From NCBI GenBank assembly GCA_019455245.1, contig JACFMR010000019.1, positions 10,604-74,603 on the forward strand: a stretch of DNA of 64,000 nt. Direction: 5' to 3'. Position numbers and translations under genes: made by a program. The notes beneath the pieces were generated by a model. That model searched no databases and was not told where the DNA came from. It saw nothing but the letters and a program-made list of their open reading frames with translations. This document shows, piece after piece, positions 1 through 11,757 of the stretch; within the stretch, counting starts at the first letter, position 1; each line of letters starts with the position of its first letter. The stretch is from Opitutaceae bacterium (GTDB taxonomy: Bacteria > Verrucomicrobiota > Verrucomicrobiia > Opitutales > Opitutaceae).

Positions 1-873
1 CATATCGGTTCGACCCGCTCCTATCGCTACAATCCCGCCTGGGTGGACAACTGGCGGACGGCCGCCCAACAGCTCCGTGCCATCCGGCCCGAGTTGCTGC
101 TCGTCGGCGGCGATCTCACCCGCGACGGCAGCCTGCACGATTACGAATTCGACGGCAGCCGCGCCGAGATCGAGGCCGCAGGCGTGCAATGGCACGCGAT
201 TCCCGGCAACATGGACACCGGCAACAAGCACACCGACCGGCAGGGTGCGCTCAACGACCGCGACGACATCGCGTGCAACGTGACCGAGGCCCAGCTCGGT
301 GTTTTCCGCGAGCGAATCGGGGATTTCCCGTGGACTTTCGTGCATCGCGACGTGCGCTTCAGCGGTTGCTACGAGATCATCGCCGGCACCGCCCTGCCCT
401 CCGCGCAGGTGCTCGACCGCTGGCTCGACGAACTCGCCACCCTGCCCCACACGCGCTGGCACGTGATGCTCAACCACTATCCGCTTTTCACCGAATCACC
501 CGACGAGCCGGCCTGTGACATCACCAGCCCCACGGATTATCTGCGCTGGTATTTCGCGGTGGACCCGGCGCCGCGCCGGCGGCTGCTCGACGCCTACCGG
601 CGGGCGGGCGTGACGCATGTGCTCAGCGGCCACATCCACTGCCGGCGGCCGCCGCGCACGTTTGACGGCATCACGTATTGCTTCGGCCCCTCCACCGCCA
701 TGCCGCAATGGGCCGACCGCTGGGCCGACGGCGATGCGAGTCTCGGCTTCCAAGTTTTCACCGTGCGCCCCGACGCGCTGGACGTGGAGTTTGTGCCGCT
801 CGCCCGGGTGTCCGACCGCACCGACGGCTGGGGTCCGGCCGGCCACCCGAAGCCCGAGGCGCGGCACCGCTAA
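1..873 (+). CDS. metallophosphoesterase family protein (5' end cut by window edge)
   Basis: Frame 1 is open from nt 1 (HIGSTRSY...) into ORF 43..873. Calcineurin-like phosphoesterase motifs GGDLTRDG, IPGNMDTGN, LNHYP, SGHIHC. Confidence 0.8.
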   Translation, partial: HIGSTRSYRYNPAWVDNWRTAAQQLRAIRPELLLVGGDLTRDGSLHDYEFDGSRAEIEAAGVQWHAIPGNMDTGNKHTDRQGALNDRDDIACNVTEAQLGVFRERIGDFPWTFVHRDVRFSGCYEIIAGTALPSAQVLDRWLDELATLPHTRWHVMLNHYPLFTESPDEPACDITSPTDYLRWYFAVDPAPRRRLLDAYRRAGVTHVLSGHIHCRRPPRTFDGITYCFGPSTAMPQWADRWADGDASLGFQVFTVRPDALDVEFVPLARVSDRTDGWGPAGHPKPEARHR

Positions 874-978
874 ACCGGGCCGGGCGCGGCGATTTCCGCG
901 CAAGTGCCGCTTGATTTTTCACGCCGGTCGCTAAACTGGCGGATTCTTTCAAACGCAACCCGTTGTTTCCACCGACTT

Positions 979-2820
<1,842 letters not shown>

Positions 2821-2907
2821 GTTTTACCCATTGGTTAAAAGATAGTTGGCTCATAGGCCATACATAATCCTTGCCAGTATGGCTGCGTTGCCATACCGAC
2901 ATGGATT

Positions 2908-3171
2908 ATGAAAATGACCATGCACATCGACGAGGACGTGCTGGCCCGGGTGATGAAGATCACCGGGGCCAGCACGAAGACGGAAGCCGTCGAGATCGCC
3001 CTGAAAGAGATGGCCCGGCGGCACAAGATGAAGGAGCTGTTTTCCGCGGGGCTGAGCCCGGAGGAACTGCGGGACGCCTTCGATCCGGCCTCCCTTGCCA
3101 TGGATACCCACGGCCTCAAGGTCGCCGAAGACCCGAGTTCCTATGGAAAAACTGATCCTGCCGGACAGTAA
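2908..3171 (+). CDS. vapB: type II antitoxin, VapB-type
   Basis: 87-aa ORF MHIDEDVLARVMKITGASTKTEAVEIALKEMARR matches the VapB antitoxin N-terminal pattern. It overlaps the downstream PIN gene by 29 nt. Confidence 0.75.
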   Translation: MKMTMHIDEDVLARVMKITGASTKTEAVEIALKEMARRHKMKELFSAGLSPEELRDAFDPASLAMDTHGLKVAEDPSSYGKTDPAGQ

Positions 3172-3535
3172 CATCTATATCGAGGCCATCCGCTCCCGGG
3201 TGGATCCTTTCGAGGTTTTCAACCGATACCTCGACAGCTGTGAGTTCGCCACCTGCGGCATGATCATGCTCGAGGTCTGCCGCGGGTTGCGCACGCCGCA
3301 ACTGCTGCGCCATTTCCGTGAGCGCTTCGCGGTGATGATCTATTTGCCCACCAACAACACGATTTGGGAGCGCGCCCAGCACCTCGCGTGGTCCATGGAC
3401 CGGCAAGGGCTGACCATTCCGGCCCAGGATCAGGTCATCGCCGCCTGCGCCCTGCAAACTGGCGCCACTGTGCTGACCCACGACAAGCATTTCCAAAGCA
3501 TCCCCGGGCTGAAGGTGATCGACCGGCTGGACTAG
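3143..3535 (+). CDS. vapC: type II toxin, PIN-domain ribonuclease VapC
   Basis: 130 aa from ATG 3143 (MEKLILPDSNIYI). Conserved PIN acidic positions are present (LPDSN, MLEV, AQDQVIAA, THDKHF). Confidence 0.8.
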   Translation: MEKLILPDSNIYIEAIRSRVDPFEVFNRYLDSCEFATCGMIMLEVCRGLRTPQLLRHFRERFAVMIYLPTNNTIWERAQHLAWSMDRQGLTIPAQDQVIAACALQTGATVLTHDKHFQSIPGLKVIDRLD

Positions 3536-3654
3536 CCCGATCTCCGGTACTTTCGCCTTGTCAGGGGCGCGCCGGCCCGTTCCCCTCAGCGCCCCCTGTT
3601 TCCGGGAGCGTGCCATCAGGAGGCCGTTTGTCCCGTGCGCACATCCCCTTCCCT

Positions 3655-3689
3655 CCGACGCGGCGCACGGCGCCAGCCGTCGGTTTTTT
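3655..3689 (+). terminator. intrinsic terminator-like hairpin after vapC
   Basis: CCGACGCGGCGC-ACG-GCGCCAGCCGTCGG (one bulge) followed by TTTTTT, 22 nt before the next gene's ATG. Confidence 0.6.
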
Positions 3690-3710
3690 CGTCTCCACCG
3701 CCTGCCCCCC

Positions 3711-4997
3711 ATGAGCACGTACATTTACGGCATCGACTTTGGCACCAGCAACTCCTCCGTCACGATCTGGGATGCGGAACACCGTGCCCTGGTGCGCGAT
3801 CATCGTATCGCCGGCGTGGAGTCGTCGTTCATGTATTTCCCCTACACCCTGCGCAAGGACCCGCCGCTCATCGGCGACGCCGCCAAACTCCGCTACGTGC
3901 AGGACCAGATGCGCGGACGTTTCTTCCAGGCGATCAAAACCATCCTCCCGAACCGCACCTTCGAGCAGACCATCGTCAACAACGAGGTCTACCTGCTCGA
4001 GGACCTGATCGCGTTCTTCCTGCGCCACCTGAAGGGCAAGGCCGACCTCGTGACCGGGCAGGACGTGAAGCGCGTTGTCATGGGTCGGCCGGCGGTGTTC
4101 TCACTCGATCCGGCGGAAGACCAACTCGCGCAAGACCGCCTGCGCCGGGCCGCCGAACTTGCCGGCTTCGAGGAAATTCATTTTCAATATGAGCCGATTG
4201 CCGCGGCCTTCGCCTACGAGGCCCGCATCCGGCAACCCGAGCGCGTGCTGGTGGGTGACTTCGGCGGCGGCACGTCGGACTTCACCGTCGTGCAACTCGA
4301 TCCGCGCCGCCAGGGCCGGCTCGACCGCGCCAACGATATTCTGGCCACGGGCGGTCTGCCCGTCGCCGGCAACAAATACGACTCGGCCACGATGTGGCAC
4401 AAGCTCACGCCTCGCTTCGGACGCGGGGCCAAATACGACAGTTGGGGCAAGCAGCTCGAGGTGCCATCAACCCTGCACCGGCAGATATGTCAGTGGGACC
4501 AGATCGTGTTTTTGCGCAACGCGCCCAAGCTCGATCTCATCTGGCGGATGGCCAAACTCTCCGACAACCCGGTCGGCTTCGAGCGATTGCAGGCCCTTGT
4601 CACCGAGAATCAGGGTTTCGCCCTCTTCCAGGTCATCGAAGCGGCCAAGATCATGCTCACGACCGACGATGTCGCCCCGATCCTCTTTGCCCATCCACGC
4701 ATGGAACTCGACGAGCGCCTGACGCTCGACGAGTTCAATGCCAACACGGCCGACCTGACTGCGCAGATCACCGCCAAACTCGACGGCTTCATGCGGGAGG
4801 CCCATATTGATCCGGCCGGCATCGAGACGGTCTTTCTCACCGGCGGCACCTCCTTGATTCGCAGCCTGCGCCACGAATTCATCAGACGTTTCGGGGCCGA
4901 CAAAATCCGCGACGGCGGAGAGTTCACCAGCGTCGGCGACGGTCTCGCGCTCAGTGCCCCGCTTTTCTTCCCGGAGCTGCACCGCCAAACCAAGTGA
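3711..4997 (+). CDS. Hsp70-family ATPase, YegD-like (nucleotide-binding domain only)
   Basis: IYGIDFGTSNSSV phosphate-1 motif, VGDFGGGTSDFTVV phosphate-2 motif, FLTGGTSLI adenosine motif. 428 aa, no substrate-binding domain. Start at ATG 3711. Confidence 0.85.
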   Translation: MSTYIYGIDFGTSNSSVTIWDAEHRALVRDHRIAGVESSFMYFPYTLRKDPPLIGDAAKLRYVQDQMRGRFFQAIKTILPNRTFEQTIVNNEVYLLEDLIAFFLRHLKGKADLVTGQDVKRVVMGRPAVFSLDPAEDQLAQDRLRRAAELAGFEEIHFQYEPIAAAFAYEARIRQPERVLVGDFGGGTSDFTVVQLDPRRQGRLDRANDILATGGLPVAGNKYDSATMWHKLTPRFGRGAKYDSWGKQLEVPSTLHRQICQWDQIVFLRNAPKLDLIWRMAKLSDNPVGFERLQALVTENQGFALFQVIEAAKIMLTTDDVAPILFAHPRMELDERLTLDEFNANTADLTAQITAKLDGFMREAHIDPAGIETVFLTGGTSLIRSLRHEFIRRFGADKIRDGGEFTSVGDGLALSAPLFFPELHRQTK

Positions 4998-5135
4998 ACG
5001 CGTTATCCGCTCACACTTGATCAGTGCGATTGGGATGTGCGGTGAGATCCCATCCAGCCATTTCCCCCGCAACTTTGTCGCCACCGCCCCGGGCATTTTG
5101 TTTGGCGCGTCAGGCATGACCTTCACAATGGACGC

Positions 5136-6500
5136 ATGCCTCTGCTCTCGCTCAACCCCGCCACCGGCCGACGCCTGCGCGCCTACCCTACCCACACGAC
5201 GGCCCAGATTGAATCCGCCCTGGCCTTGGCGCATCGCGCGTTTCTCGGCTGGCGCGAACTCGCACCGTCGGCCCGCGCCCGGCATCTGCGCGCGCTGGCC
5301 AAACAGTTGCGCCGGGATCGCGAATCACTGGCCACGCTCATCACCCGCGAGATGGGCAAACCCATCGCCCAGGCGCGCGCCGAAATCGAAAAATGCGCCA
5401 CCGCGTGCGACTACTACGCCAAGCATGGCGCCGCCCAGCTCGCGGACGAAACGCCGGCCGGCGCGCCGAAGCACACCCGGGTGGTTTACGAACCGTTGGG
5501 GCCGATCCTCGCGATCATGCCGTGGAATTTCCCCTTCTGGCAGCTGTTCCGCGCCGCCGCGCCCGCGTTGATGGCGGGCAACACGGTGCTGCTCAAACAC
5601 GCCTCCAACGTCAGCGGCTGCGCGCTCGCCATCGCACAGGTTTTTCACGACGCCGGCCTCCCCGAGGGGTTGCTCCAAACCCTGCTGCTGTCTTCCGCCA
5701 AGGTGCCGCGGTTGATCGCCGACGACCGCATCCGCGGTGTCACGCTCACCGGCAGCACGGAGGCCGGGCGCAAGGTCGCCGCGCAGGCCGGCGCGGCGTT
5801 GAAACCATGCGTCTTCGAGCTCGGCGGCAGCGATCCCTACATCGTGCTGGAAGATGCCGATCTCGACCTCGCGGCCGAGGTCTGCGCGTCCGCCCGGCTC
5901 GTCAACACCGGCCAAAGCTGCATCGCGGCCAAGCGCATGATCGTGGTCAACCGCGTGCGCCGCGAATTCGAGCGCAAGCTGACCGCACGCATCGCCGCCC
6001 GCCGCGTGGGTGATCCGCTGGATCCGCATACCGAGGTCGGCCCGATGGCCCGCGCCGATTTGCGCGACGAACTGCACGCCCAGGTCACGCGCAGCGTGCA
6101 GCGCGGCGCCAAGGTTTTGCTCGGCGGCCAGCCGCTGGACCGGCCCGGCTGGTTTTATGCGCCGACGGTGTTGACCGGCGTGCAACCCGGCATGCCCGCC
6201 CATGACGAGGAACTGTTCGGTCCGGTGGCCGCGGTGATCGGCGTGCGCGATGCGGCGGAGGCCATTGCCATCGCCAACGCCACGCCCTTCGGACTCGGCG
6301 CCGCACTCTTCACCCGCGATCGCCGGCGCGCCCGGGAACTCACGCCGGCCATCGAAGCCGGCATGGTGTTCGTCAACGCCTCCGTCCACTCCGATCCCAA
6401 CCTGCCCTTCGGCGGCATCAAGCAAAGCGGGTACGGCCGTGAGCTCGGCCTGCCCGGCATCCGCGCGTTTGTGAACGTCAAAACGCTCTGGGTGGAGTGA
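5136..6500 (+). CDS. NAD(P)-dependent aldehyde dehydrogenase, succinate-semialdehyde dehydrogenase-like
   Basis: ALDH family: WNFPFWQ, LKHASNVSG, catalytic FELGGSDP and GQSCIAAKR, C-terminal GGIKQSGYGRE. Confidence 0.9.
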   Translation: MPLLSLNPATGRRLRAYPTHTTAQIESALALAHRAFLGWRELAPSARARHLRALAKQLRRDRESLATLITREMGKPIAQARAEIEKCATACDYYAKHGAAQLADETPAGAPKHTRVVYEPLGPILAIMPWNFPFWQLFRAAAPALMAGNTVLLKHASNVSGCALAIAQVFHDAGLPEGLLQTLLLSSAKVPRLIADDRIRGVTLTGSTEAGRKVAAQAGAALKPCVFELGGSDPYIVLEDADLDLAAEVCASARLVNTGQSCIAAKRMIVVNRVRREFERKLTARIAARRVGDPLDPHTEVGPMARADLRDELHAQVTRSVQRGAKVLLGGQPLDRPGWFYAPTVLTGVQPGMPAHDEELFGPVAAVIGVRDAAEAIAIANATPFGLGAALFTRDRRRARELTPAIEAGMVFVNASVHSDPNLPFGGIKQSGYGRELGLPGIRAFVNVKTLWVE

Positions 6501-7281
6501 GCCGCGCCGCGCGCCAGCGTCCGGGCGGCTGACCGAACCGCCGGCGAAACAGCCGCACGAAATAATTCACGTCCTCATAGCCGCACGCGGCCGCCACCTC
6601 GTGGATCCGCAGGTAGGGATTGTCCAGCAACCAGCAGGCATGTTGCAGCCGGCGCTGCTGCAGGTATTGCAGCGGACCGCAGCCGCAATGCGCGGCAAAC
6701 AGCGCTCCCATGTGACTTTCGCTCACCCCGGCGGCCGTGGCGATTGCGCCCAACGTCCACGGGCCGGACAAATCCTGCTCGATCCGGGCAATCGCCTCGG
6801 CCAGGGCCGGGTGCAGCTGCGAGCGCCGGCCGTGCGCCGCGTCGATCTCGGCCAACCGCCGCAACAGCGCCTCGAGCAAACGCCGCGTGATCTCCGTGCC
6901 CAGCGCCGGTCGCGCGAGCTGCGAATCGCAAAGCTGCTCCAGCCAAAGGCGCGCCGGTTCGTCGGGCGCGAGCGTCAGTATGCGGGCGCTCTCGTCGAAC
7001 AATCCCGCCGGCACACGAAAGCCGATGAACGTCGTGCGCGTCGGCTCCAGCGTGGTTTGATATTGCGCCGCCCCGGCCGGCAGCACGAAGAGCGTGTCGG
7101 CACCACCTTCCAGTGACAGGCCCGCCACCTCGATCCGACACCGGCCCGCCGTCACAAGCACAAGCTCGGTCTCGGCGTGACAATGCTCATGCGCGTCCGT
7201 CGCCGCGTCAAAGCGGCCGCCCCAACAAAGCCGCAGCTCCTTGGCGGCCGGCAACGATGAACGGGGCGTCGGGCGTTTCAT
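6478..7281 (-). CDS. AraC family transcriptional regulator
   Basis: Cupin-like N-terminus plus C-terminal HTH (YEDVNYFVRLFRRRFGQPPGRWR). Divergent from the PhyH gene. Confidence 0.85.
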   Translation of the reverse strand: MKRPTPRSSLPAAKELRLCWGGRFDAATDAHEHCHAETELVLVTAGRCRIEVAGLSLEGGADTLFVLPAGAAQYQTTLEPTRTTFIGFRVPAGLFDESARILTLAPDEPARLWLEQLCDSQLARPALGTEITRRLLEALLRRLAEIDAAHGRRSQLHPALAEAIARIEQDLSGPWTLGAIATAAGVSESHMGALFAAHCGCGPLQYLQQRRLQHACWLLDNPYLRIHEVAAACGYEDVNYFVRLFRRRFGQPPGRWRAARLTPPRAF

Positions 7282-7364
7282 GATTTTGTGCTAATAGTTC
7301 GGAGAAGCCTCCATTGTAAATCAACCCCGGAAACGCCATTCTGTGCTTAACCTACCAACCCATC

Positions 7365-8222
7365 ATGAGTTCCACTTCCCCAATCGCCCTGTCCGATGCC
7401 CAGATCCAAGCCTACCGTGAAGATGGTTTCATCGTCGTCGAAAACGTGTTCAATGCCGCCGAGATCGAGGCGTTGCGCGCCGCCGAGGGCTCGCCCGCCA
7501 TCCAGTCCGAACTCGAGGCCGGTGGCATCAAGCATAAGACCGTCCACCTGCTCGAGCTGACCACGCGCCATCCGGCGTTTCACGATCTCGCGCGCGATCC
7601 GCGCATCATGGCCTGCATCCGGCCGCTGCTCGGCGAGGACATCCAGTTGCAGCATTCCAAACTCGCCACCAAGTCCGTGGCCAAGGGCACCGGCGAGTTT
7701 GGCTGGCACCAGGACATCATGTTCTACCCGCACACCAACACCTCGCTGCTGTCCGTCTTTGTCTATCTCGACGACGCCACGCCGGAAAACGGTTGCATGT
7801 CGATGCTCAAGGGCAGCCACCGGCTCGGCCCGCTCAACCATCTCGACGCCAACGGCAAGTTCGACGGCAACTGCCGCGAAACGCACCTCTGGCGTGACCA
7901 GCCTGACAAGGTTGTGCCCATCACGCCCAAGGCCGGCGGCATCAGCATCCACCACTGTCTCACGCTCCACGGCTCGCCCGCCAATGTCTCCGGCCGGCCG
8001 CGGCGCGGCGTGGTGTTTTCCTACCGCGCCGACGATGCACAGCAGCTGGCCGACTGGGTGTTCAAGGACACCGGGCTCGTCGTCTCCGGCCGCCGCCGCG
8101 GCGTGACGCGCTGTGAAAACATCACGTGGATCCTCCCACGCCGGAGTGGACACAACTACGGCACCGCACATCATCAGGTCGGCGAATGGGCCCAAGCTCT
8201 GAATGAAAAAGCCGGCGTCTGA
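7365..8222 (+). CDS. phytanoyl-CoA dioxygenase (PhyH) family Fe(II)/2-oxoglutarate oxygenase
   Basis: N-terminus LSDAQIQAYREDGFIVVENVF, WHQD metal motif, later IHHCLTLHGS. Confidence 0.8.
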   Translation: MSSTSPIALSDAQIQAYREDGFIVVENVFNAAEIEALRAAEGSPAIQSELEAGGIKHKTVHLLELTTRHPAFHDLARDPRIMACIRPLLGEDIQLQHSKLATKSVAKGTGEFGWHQDIMFYPHTNTSLLSVFVYLDDATPENGCMSMLKGSHRLGPLNHLDANGKFDGNCRETHLWRDQPDKVVPITPKAGGISIHHCLTLHGSPANVSGRPRRGVVFSYRADDAQQLADWVFKDTGLVVSGRRRGVTRCENITWILPRRSGHNYGTAHHQVGEWAQALNEKAGV

Positions 8223-9165
8223 AAAAAATCCGCAATCCATCTGGCTCGACACCGACATCGGTGACGACACCGACGACCTGTTCGCGCTGGCACTGATTCT
8301 CGCCAGCCCCGAACTGAAACTCGCGGGCATCAGCACCGTCTTCGGCCGGACGGACGAGCGGGTACGACTCGCGCGGACCTTCCTCGCGATCAACGGTCGC
8401 GAGACCGACGTGCCGGTTCACGCCGGTTGCGGCGGCCACATCCCGTGCACGATGCACACCTGGATGTCGCCCCAACCGTTCTGGCCGAACGGTCCGGTCC
8501 AAGGCGCACCCATCGCCCAGATCGGCTGCGCGTGGCCGGAGGAACGTTTCACCACTCCTCCATCCGCACATGGCGTGGAGGCGTTGGCGGCGCATTTGCG
8601 CGCCCATCCCGGCCAAACCATTCCGATCGCCATCGGTGCCCTCACCAATCTCGCCACCCTGCTGTTGCGCGAACCCGAACTCAAAAAGACGATCCCCCGG
8701 CTCATCGTCATGGCCGGCGAGTTCAAGACCCCGAAGTGGGAATGGAACGTCCGTTGCGATCCCCTGGCCGCCGCGGTGGTGTTCGACAGCGGCATTCCCG
8801 TCGAAATCATCCCGTGGGAAATCGGCGTCTCGTGCACCGTGAGCCGCGTGCAGCTGGAGCGGTTGTTCGCCGGCGGCACGCGCATCGGCCGGTTTCTCAC
8901 CCGCGCGGTGCGCTTGTGGCGCAAGGCCAAATACACCCCCGGCCACGCGGCCATGCCGCACCTGTTCGACCCGATGGCGGTGGCGGCGCTCATGCGACCC
9001 GATTGGTTCACCTGGCGGCGCGGCCGGGTTTCCGTTTCGTTCGCCCCCGACACCTTTGGCTACACCCGTTTCACCGCGGATGCCCGCGGCCCGCACCGCG
9101 TGGCCTGGGATGTCAGCGCGGCCACGGCCGTGCGCGCGACCTGGGCGCGAATGCTCAGCCTTTGA
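8203..9165 (+). CDS. nucleoside hydrolase (IU-NH family)
   Basis: Signature IWLDTDIGDDTDDLFALALIL (DxDxxxDD). Overlaps the PhyH gene's 3' end by 20 nt. Confidence 0.85.
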   Translation: MKKPASEKNPQSIWLDTDIGDDTDDLFALALILASPELKLAGISTVFGRTDERVRLARTFLAINGRETDVPVHAGCGGHIPCTMHTWMSPQPFWPNGPVQGAPIAQIGCAWPEERFTTPPSAHGVEALAAHLRAHPGQTIPIAIGALTNLATLLLREPELKKTIPRLIVMAGEFKTPKWEWNVRCDPLAAAVVFDSGIPVEIIPWEIGVSCTVSRVQLERLFAGGTRIGRFLTRAVRLWRKAKYTPGHAAMPHLFDPMAVAALMRPDWFTWRRGRVSVSFAPDTFGYTRFTADARGPHRVAWDVSAATAVRATWARMLSL

Positions 9166-9388
9166 ACCGCCCGAGATCCGGGCAGTCAGAGCATTTCTAG
9201 CATGTCGTAGCTGCGCTTGAGCCAAAGGCAAAAGCGTGGCCGCGCGGAAGCCATTCTGCTGGCCAGCAGAATCGACAAGCTCCAACGCAGTTACACCTCG
9301 ACTTAACGGCTCCTGTGTCACGATCGGGTGAACTGTCATAAATTGCTGGCGAAGCCGGCCCGGGAGCGTAGGCTGGCCGGCTTTCCCC

Positions 9389-11551
9389 ATGGCCAAGCGC
9401 AACCCCAGGTCAAAATCCAAATCACGGACCTCCCTGCCCGGAGAGCCGGTGCGCACGGCGTATTTCAACCGCGAACTCTCCTGGCTGGCGTTCAACCGGC
9501 GCGTGCTGGAGCAGGCCCAGAGCAAGCGGCACCCGCTGCTCGAACGCGTCAAGTTTCTCGCCATCGTCTGCTCCAACCTCGACGAGTTTTTCGAGATCCG
9601 CGTGGCCGGCCTGATCCAGCAGGTCGATTCCGGCGTCATGGAACCCAGTTTCGACGGCCTCGGGGCGCGCGAACAGTTGCGCCGCATCCACTCCGTCGTC
9701 GCTTCACTGGTGGATGATGTGTACCGGTGCTGGCAGGAGCAGCTCGTCCCGGCCCTGGCGGCGGAAAACATCCAGTTTCGCTCCGGCGCGGAATTGAGCG
9801 AGGGCGAGCTCGCGTGGGTGCGGGCGTATTTCCGCGAGCAGGTTTACCCGGTGCTCACCCCGCTGGCGCTCGACCAGTCGCATCCCTTTCCGCAGCTCGG
9901 CAACAAGACCCTCAACGTCGCGGTCTCGCTCGACAATCCCGAGACGCCGGAAAACGAAAAGCTCGTGGCCATCCTGCCCGTGCCGCGCATTTTGCCGCGG
10001 CTCGTGGCCCTCGCCCCGACCAAGACCGGTCCGCAGCGGTTCATCTTCCTGAGCGAGATCATCAAGCTGTGCGCCGGCGACCTGTTCCCGGGCTACCGGC
10101 TCAACGGCGCCTACTCCTTCCGCGTGACCCGCAACAGCGATCTCTACATCGACGAGGAAGAAGCCGAGAACCTCCTCAAGAAAATCGAGGAGGAACTGCG
10201 CAACCTCCGGCGCGGCGCCGCCGTGCGGCTGGAGATCGAGGCGGACGTCAAGGACCACATCTTCGAGACCCTCTGCGAGCACCTTGAACTCTCCCATGAA
10301 TACGTCTTCCGGCTCAACGGCCCGCTGAACCTCCTGCGGTTGATGAGCCTCGCCGATCTCGACCGGCCCGACCTGAAATACCCCCCGTTCGCACCCGTGC
10401 AAGCCTCGCCGTTGCACGAAAACGTCAACCACTTCGACCTCATCCAGGGCCGCGACGTGCTCCTGTTTCATCCCTATGAGAGCTTCGAGCCGGTGGTGCA
10501 ACTCGTGCAGCAGGCGGCCGAAGATCCCCAGGTGCTGGCGATCAAGCAGACGCTCTACCGCACCAGCGGCGATTCCCCCGTCGTCCGCGCGCTGATCGAG
10601 GCCTCGCGCAACGGCAAGCAGGTCACCGCGCTCGTCGAGCTCAAGGCGCGCTTTGACGAGGCCAACAACATCCAGTGGGCGCGCCAATTGGAGGAGGCCG
10701 GCGTGCATGTGGTTTACGGGCTCATCGGCCACAAGACGCACTGCAAGGTGTGCCTGGTGGTCCGGCGCGAAGGCCGGCACATGCGGCACTACGCCCATCT
10801 CGGCACGGGCAACTACAACCCCCGCACCGCCCGGCTCTACACCGACCTCAGCTATTTCACCGCCCGCGCCAACCTCACCGGCGACGCCGCCCACCTGTTC
10901 AACGCCCTCACCGGCTTCGGCCGCTCCCCGGTTTTCCGCCACCTGCTGGTCGCGCCGTACAATCTGCACCGGCGCATCAACGAGCTGATCCGGCGCGAAG
11001 CCCGCCACGCCATGGCCGGCCGGCCCGCGCGCATCATCGTCAAGATGAACTCCCTCGTCGACAAGGCCACGATCGATTCGCTCTACATGGCCTCGCGCGC
11101 CGGGGTGAAGATCGACCTGATCATCCGCGGCATCTGCTGCCTCGTGCCCGGCGTGCGCGGGCTCAGCGAAAACATCCGCGTCCGCAGTCTCGTCGGCCGA
11201 TACCTGGAGCATGCCCGCATCTTCTATTTCGAGAACAGCGCGGGCGGCCAACCCCAGCTTTTTGCCGGCAGCGCCGATTGGATGCCCCGCAACTTCTTCC
11301 GCCGCATCGAGGTGCTTTTCCCCATCGAGGAACCCGCCCTGCGCCGCCGCATTCTCCGTCATCTGCTGCCCGCCGAGCTGCGCGACAACGTGAATGCCCG
11401 CGTGCTCCATGGCAACGGCGCCTACCTGCCGCCCCCGCGCCGCCGGGGCGAAAGCGCATTCTCGGCCCATGATCACTTCATTGCCGACGCCCGGGCGCGC
11501 GCGGCGCGGCTGCGCCAGCTGCCGGTCGCCGTGCCCACCGCGGAAAAGTAA
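9389..11551 (+). CDS. ppk1: polyphosphate kinase 1
   Basis: 720 aa. [20 protein letters not shown]-terminus. Two PLD-like HKxxxxD-type regions ([17 protein letters not shown] and [14 protein letters not shown]). Confidence 0.95.
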   Translation: MAKRNPRSKSKSRTSLPGEPVRTAYFNRELSWLAFNRRVLEQAQSKRHPLLERVKFLAIVCSNLDEFFEIRVAGLIQQVDSGVMEPSFDGLGAREQLRRIHSVVASLVDDVYRCWQEQLVPALAAENIQFRSGAELSEGELAWVRAYFREQVYPVLTPLALDQSHPFPQLGNKTLNVAVSLDNPETPENEKLVAILPVPRILPRLVALAPTKTGPQRFIFLSEIIKLCAGDLFPGYRLNGAYSFRVTRNSDLYIDEEEAENLLKKIEEELRNLRRGAAVRLEIEADVKDHIFETLCEHLELSHEYVFRLNGPLNLLRLMSLADLDRPDLKYPPFAPVQASPLHENVNHFDLIQGRDVLLFHPYESFEPVVQLVQQAAEDPQVLAIKQTLYRTSGDSPVVRALIEASRNGKQVTALVELKARFDEANNIQWARQLEEAGVHVVYGLIGHKTHCKVCLVVRREGRHMRHYAHLGTGNYNPRTARLYTDLSYFTARANLTGDAAHLFNALTGFGRSPVFRHLLVAPYNLHRRINELIRREARHAMAGRPARIIVKMNSLVDKATIDSLYMASRAGVKIDLIIRGICCLVPGVRGLSENIRVRSLVGRYLEHARIFYFENSAGGQPQLFAGSADWMPRNFFRRIEVLFPIEEPALRRRILRHLLPAELRDNVNARVLHGNGAYLPPPRRRGESAFSAHDHFIADARARAARLRQLPVAVPTAEK

Positions 11552-11757
11552 GTTTTAGTCCATTCGGACTAATGCAATAAACTGGCCCGACGCGCCGGGC
11601 TTGGGCAGGGTCCACCCCCGGTCATTCCGGTTGGCCACGGGTATTTCCCGCCCGGCCCGCCATTATGACATTCTGGCTCGCTTTCTGCAGTCACCCTTTC
11701 TCAATTTCCACCGCTCCGCCCCTCATGGGCGGCAATTTCATTCCAGTCTGCTCGCCC

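Noticed and set aside
9314-9338. Degenerate half-copy of the 23-nt palindrome (TGTGTCACGATCGGGTGAACTGTCA) upstream of ppk1
   Set aside because: Only one arm (GTGTCACG) matches. The second arm is poorly complementary, so this is not distinguishable from chance.
8122-9771. 549-aa minus-strand ORF and similar long antisense ORFs (9704..11476, 15128..16690, 18033..19379, 25527..27659, 62348..63904)
   Set aside because: Each lies opposite a gene with strong family motifs, and each has the Arg/Gly/Ala-rich composition expected from reading GC3-rich genes in reverse.
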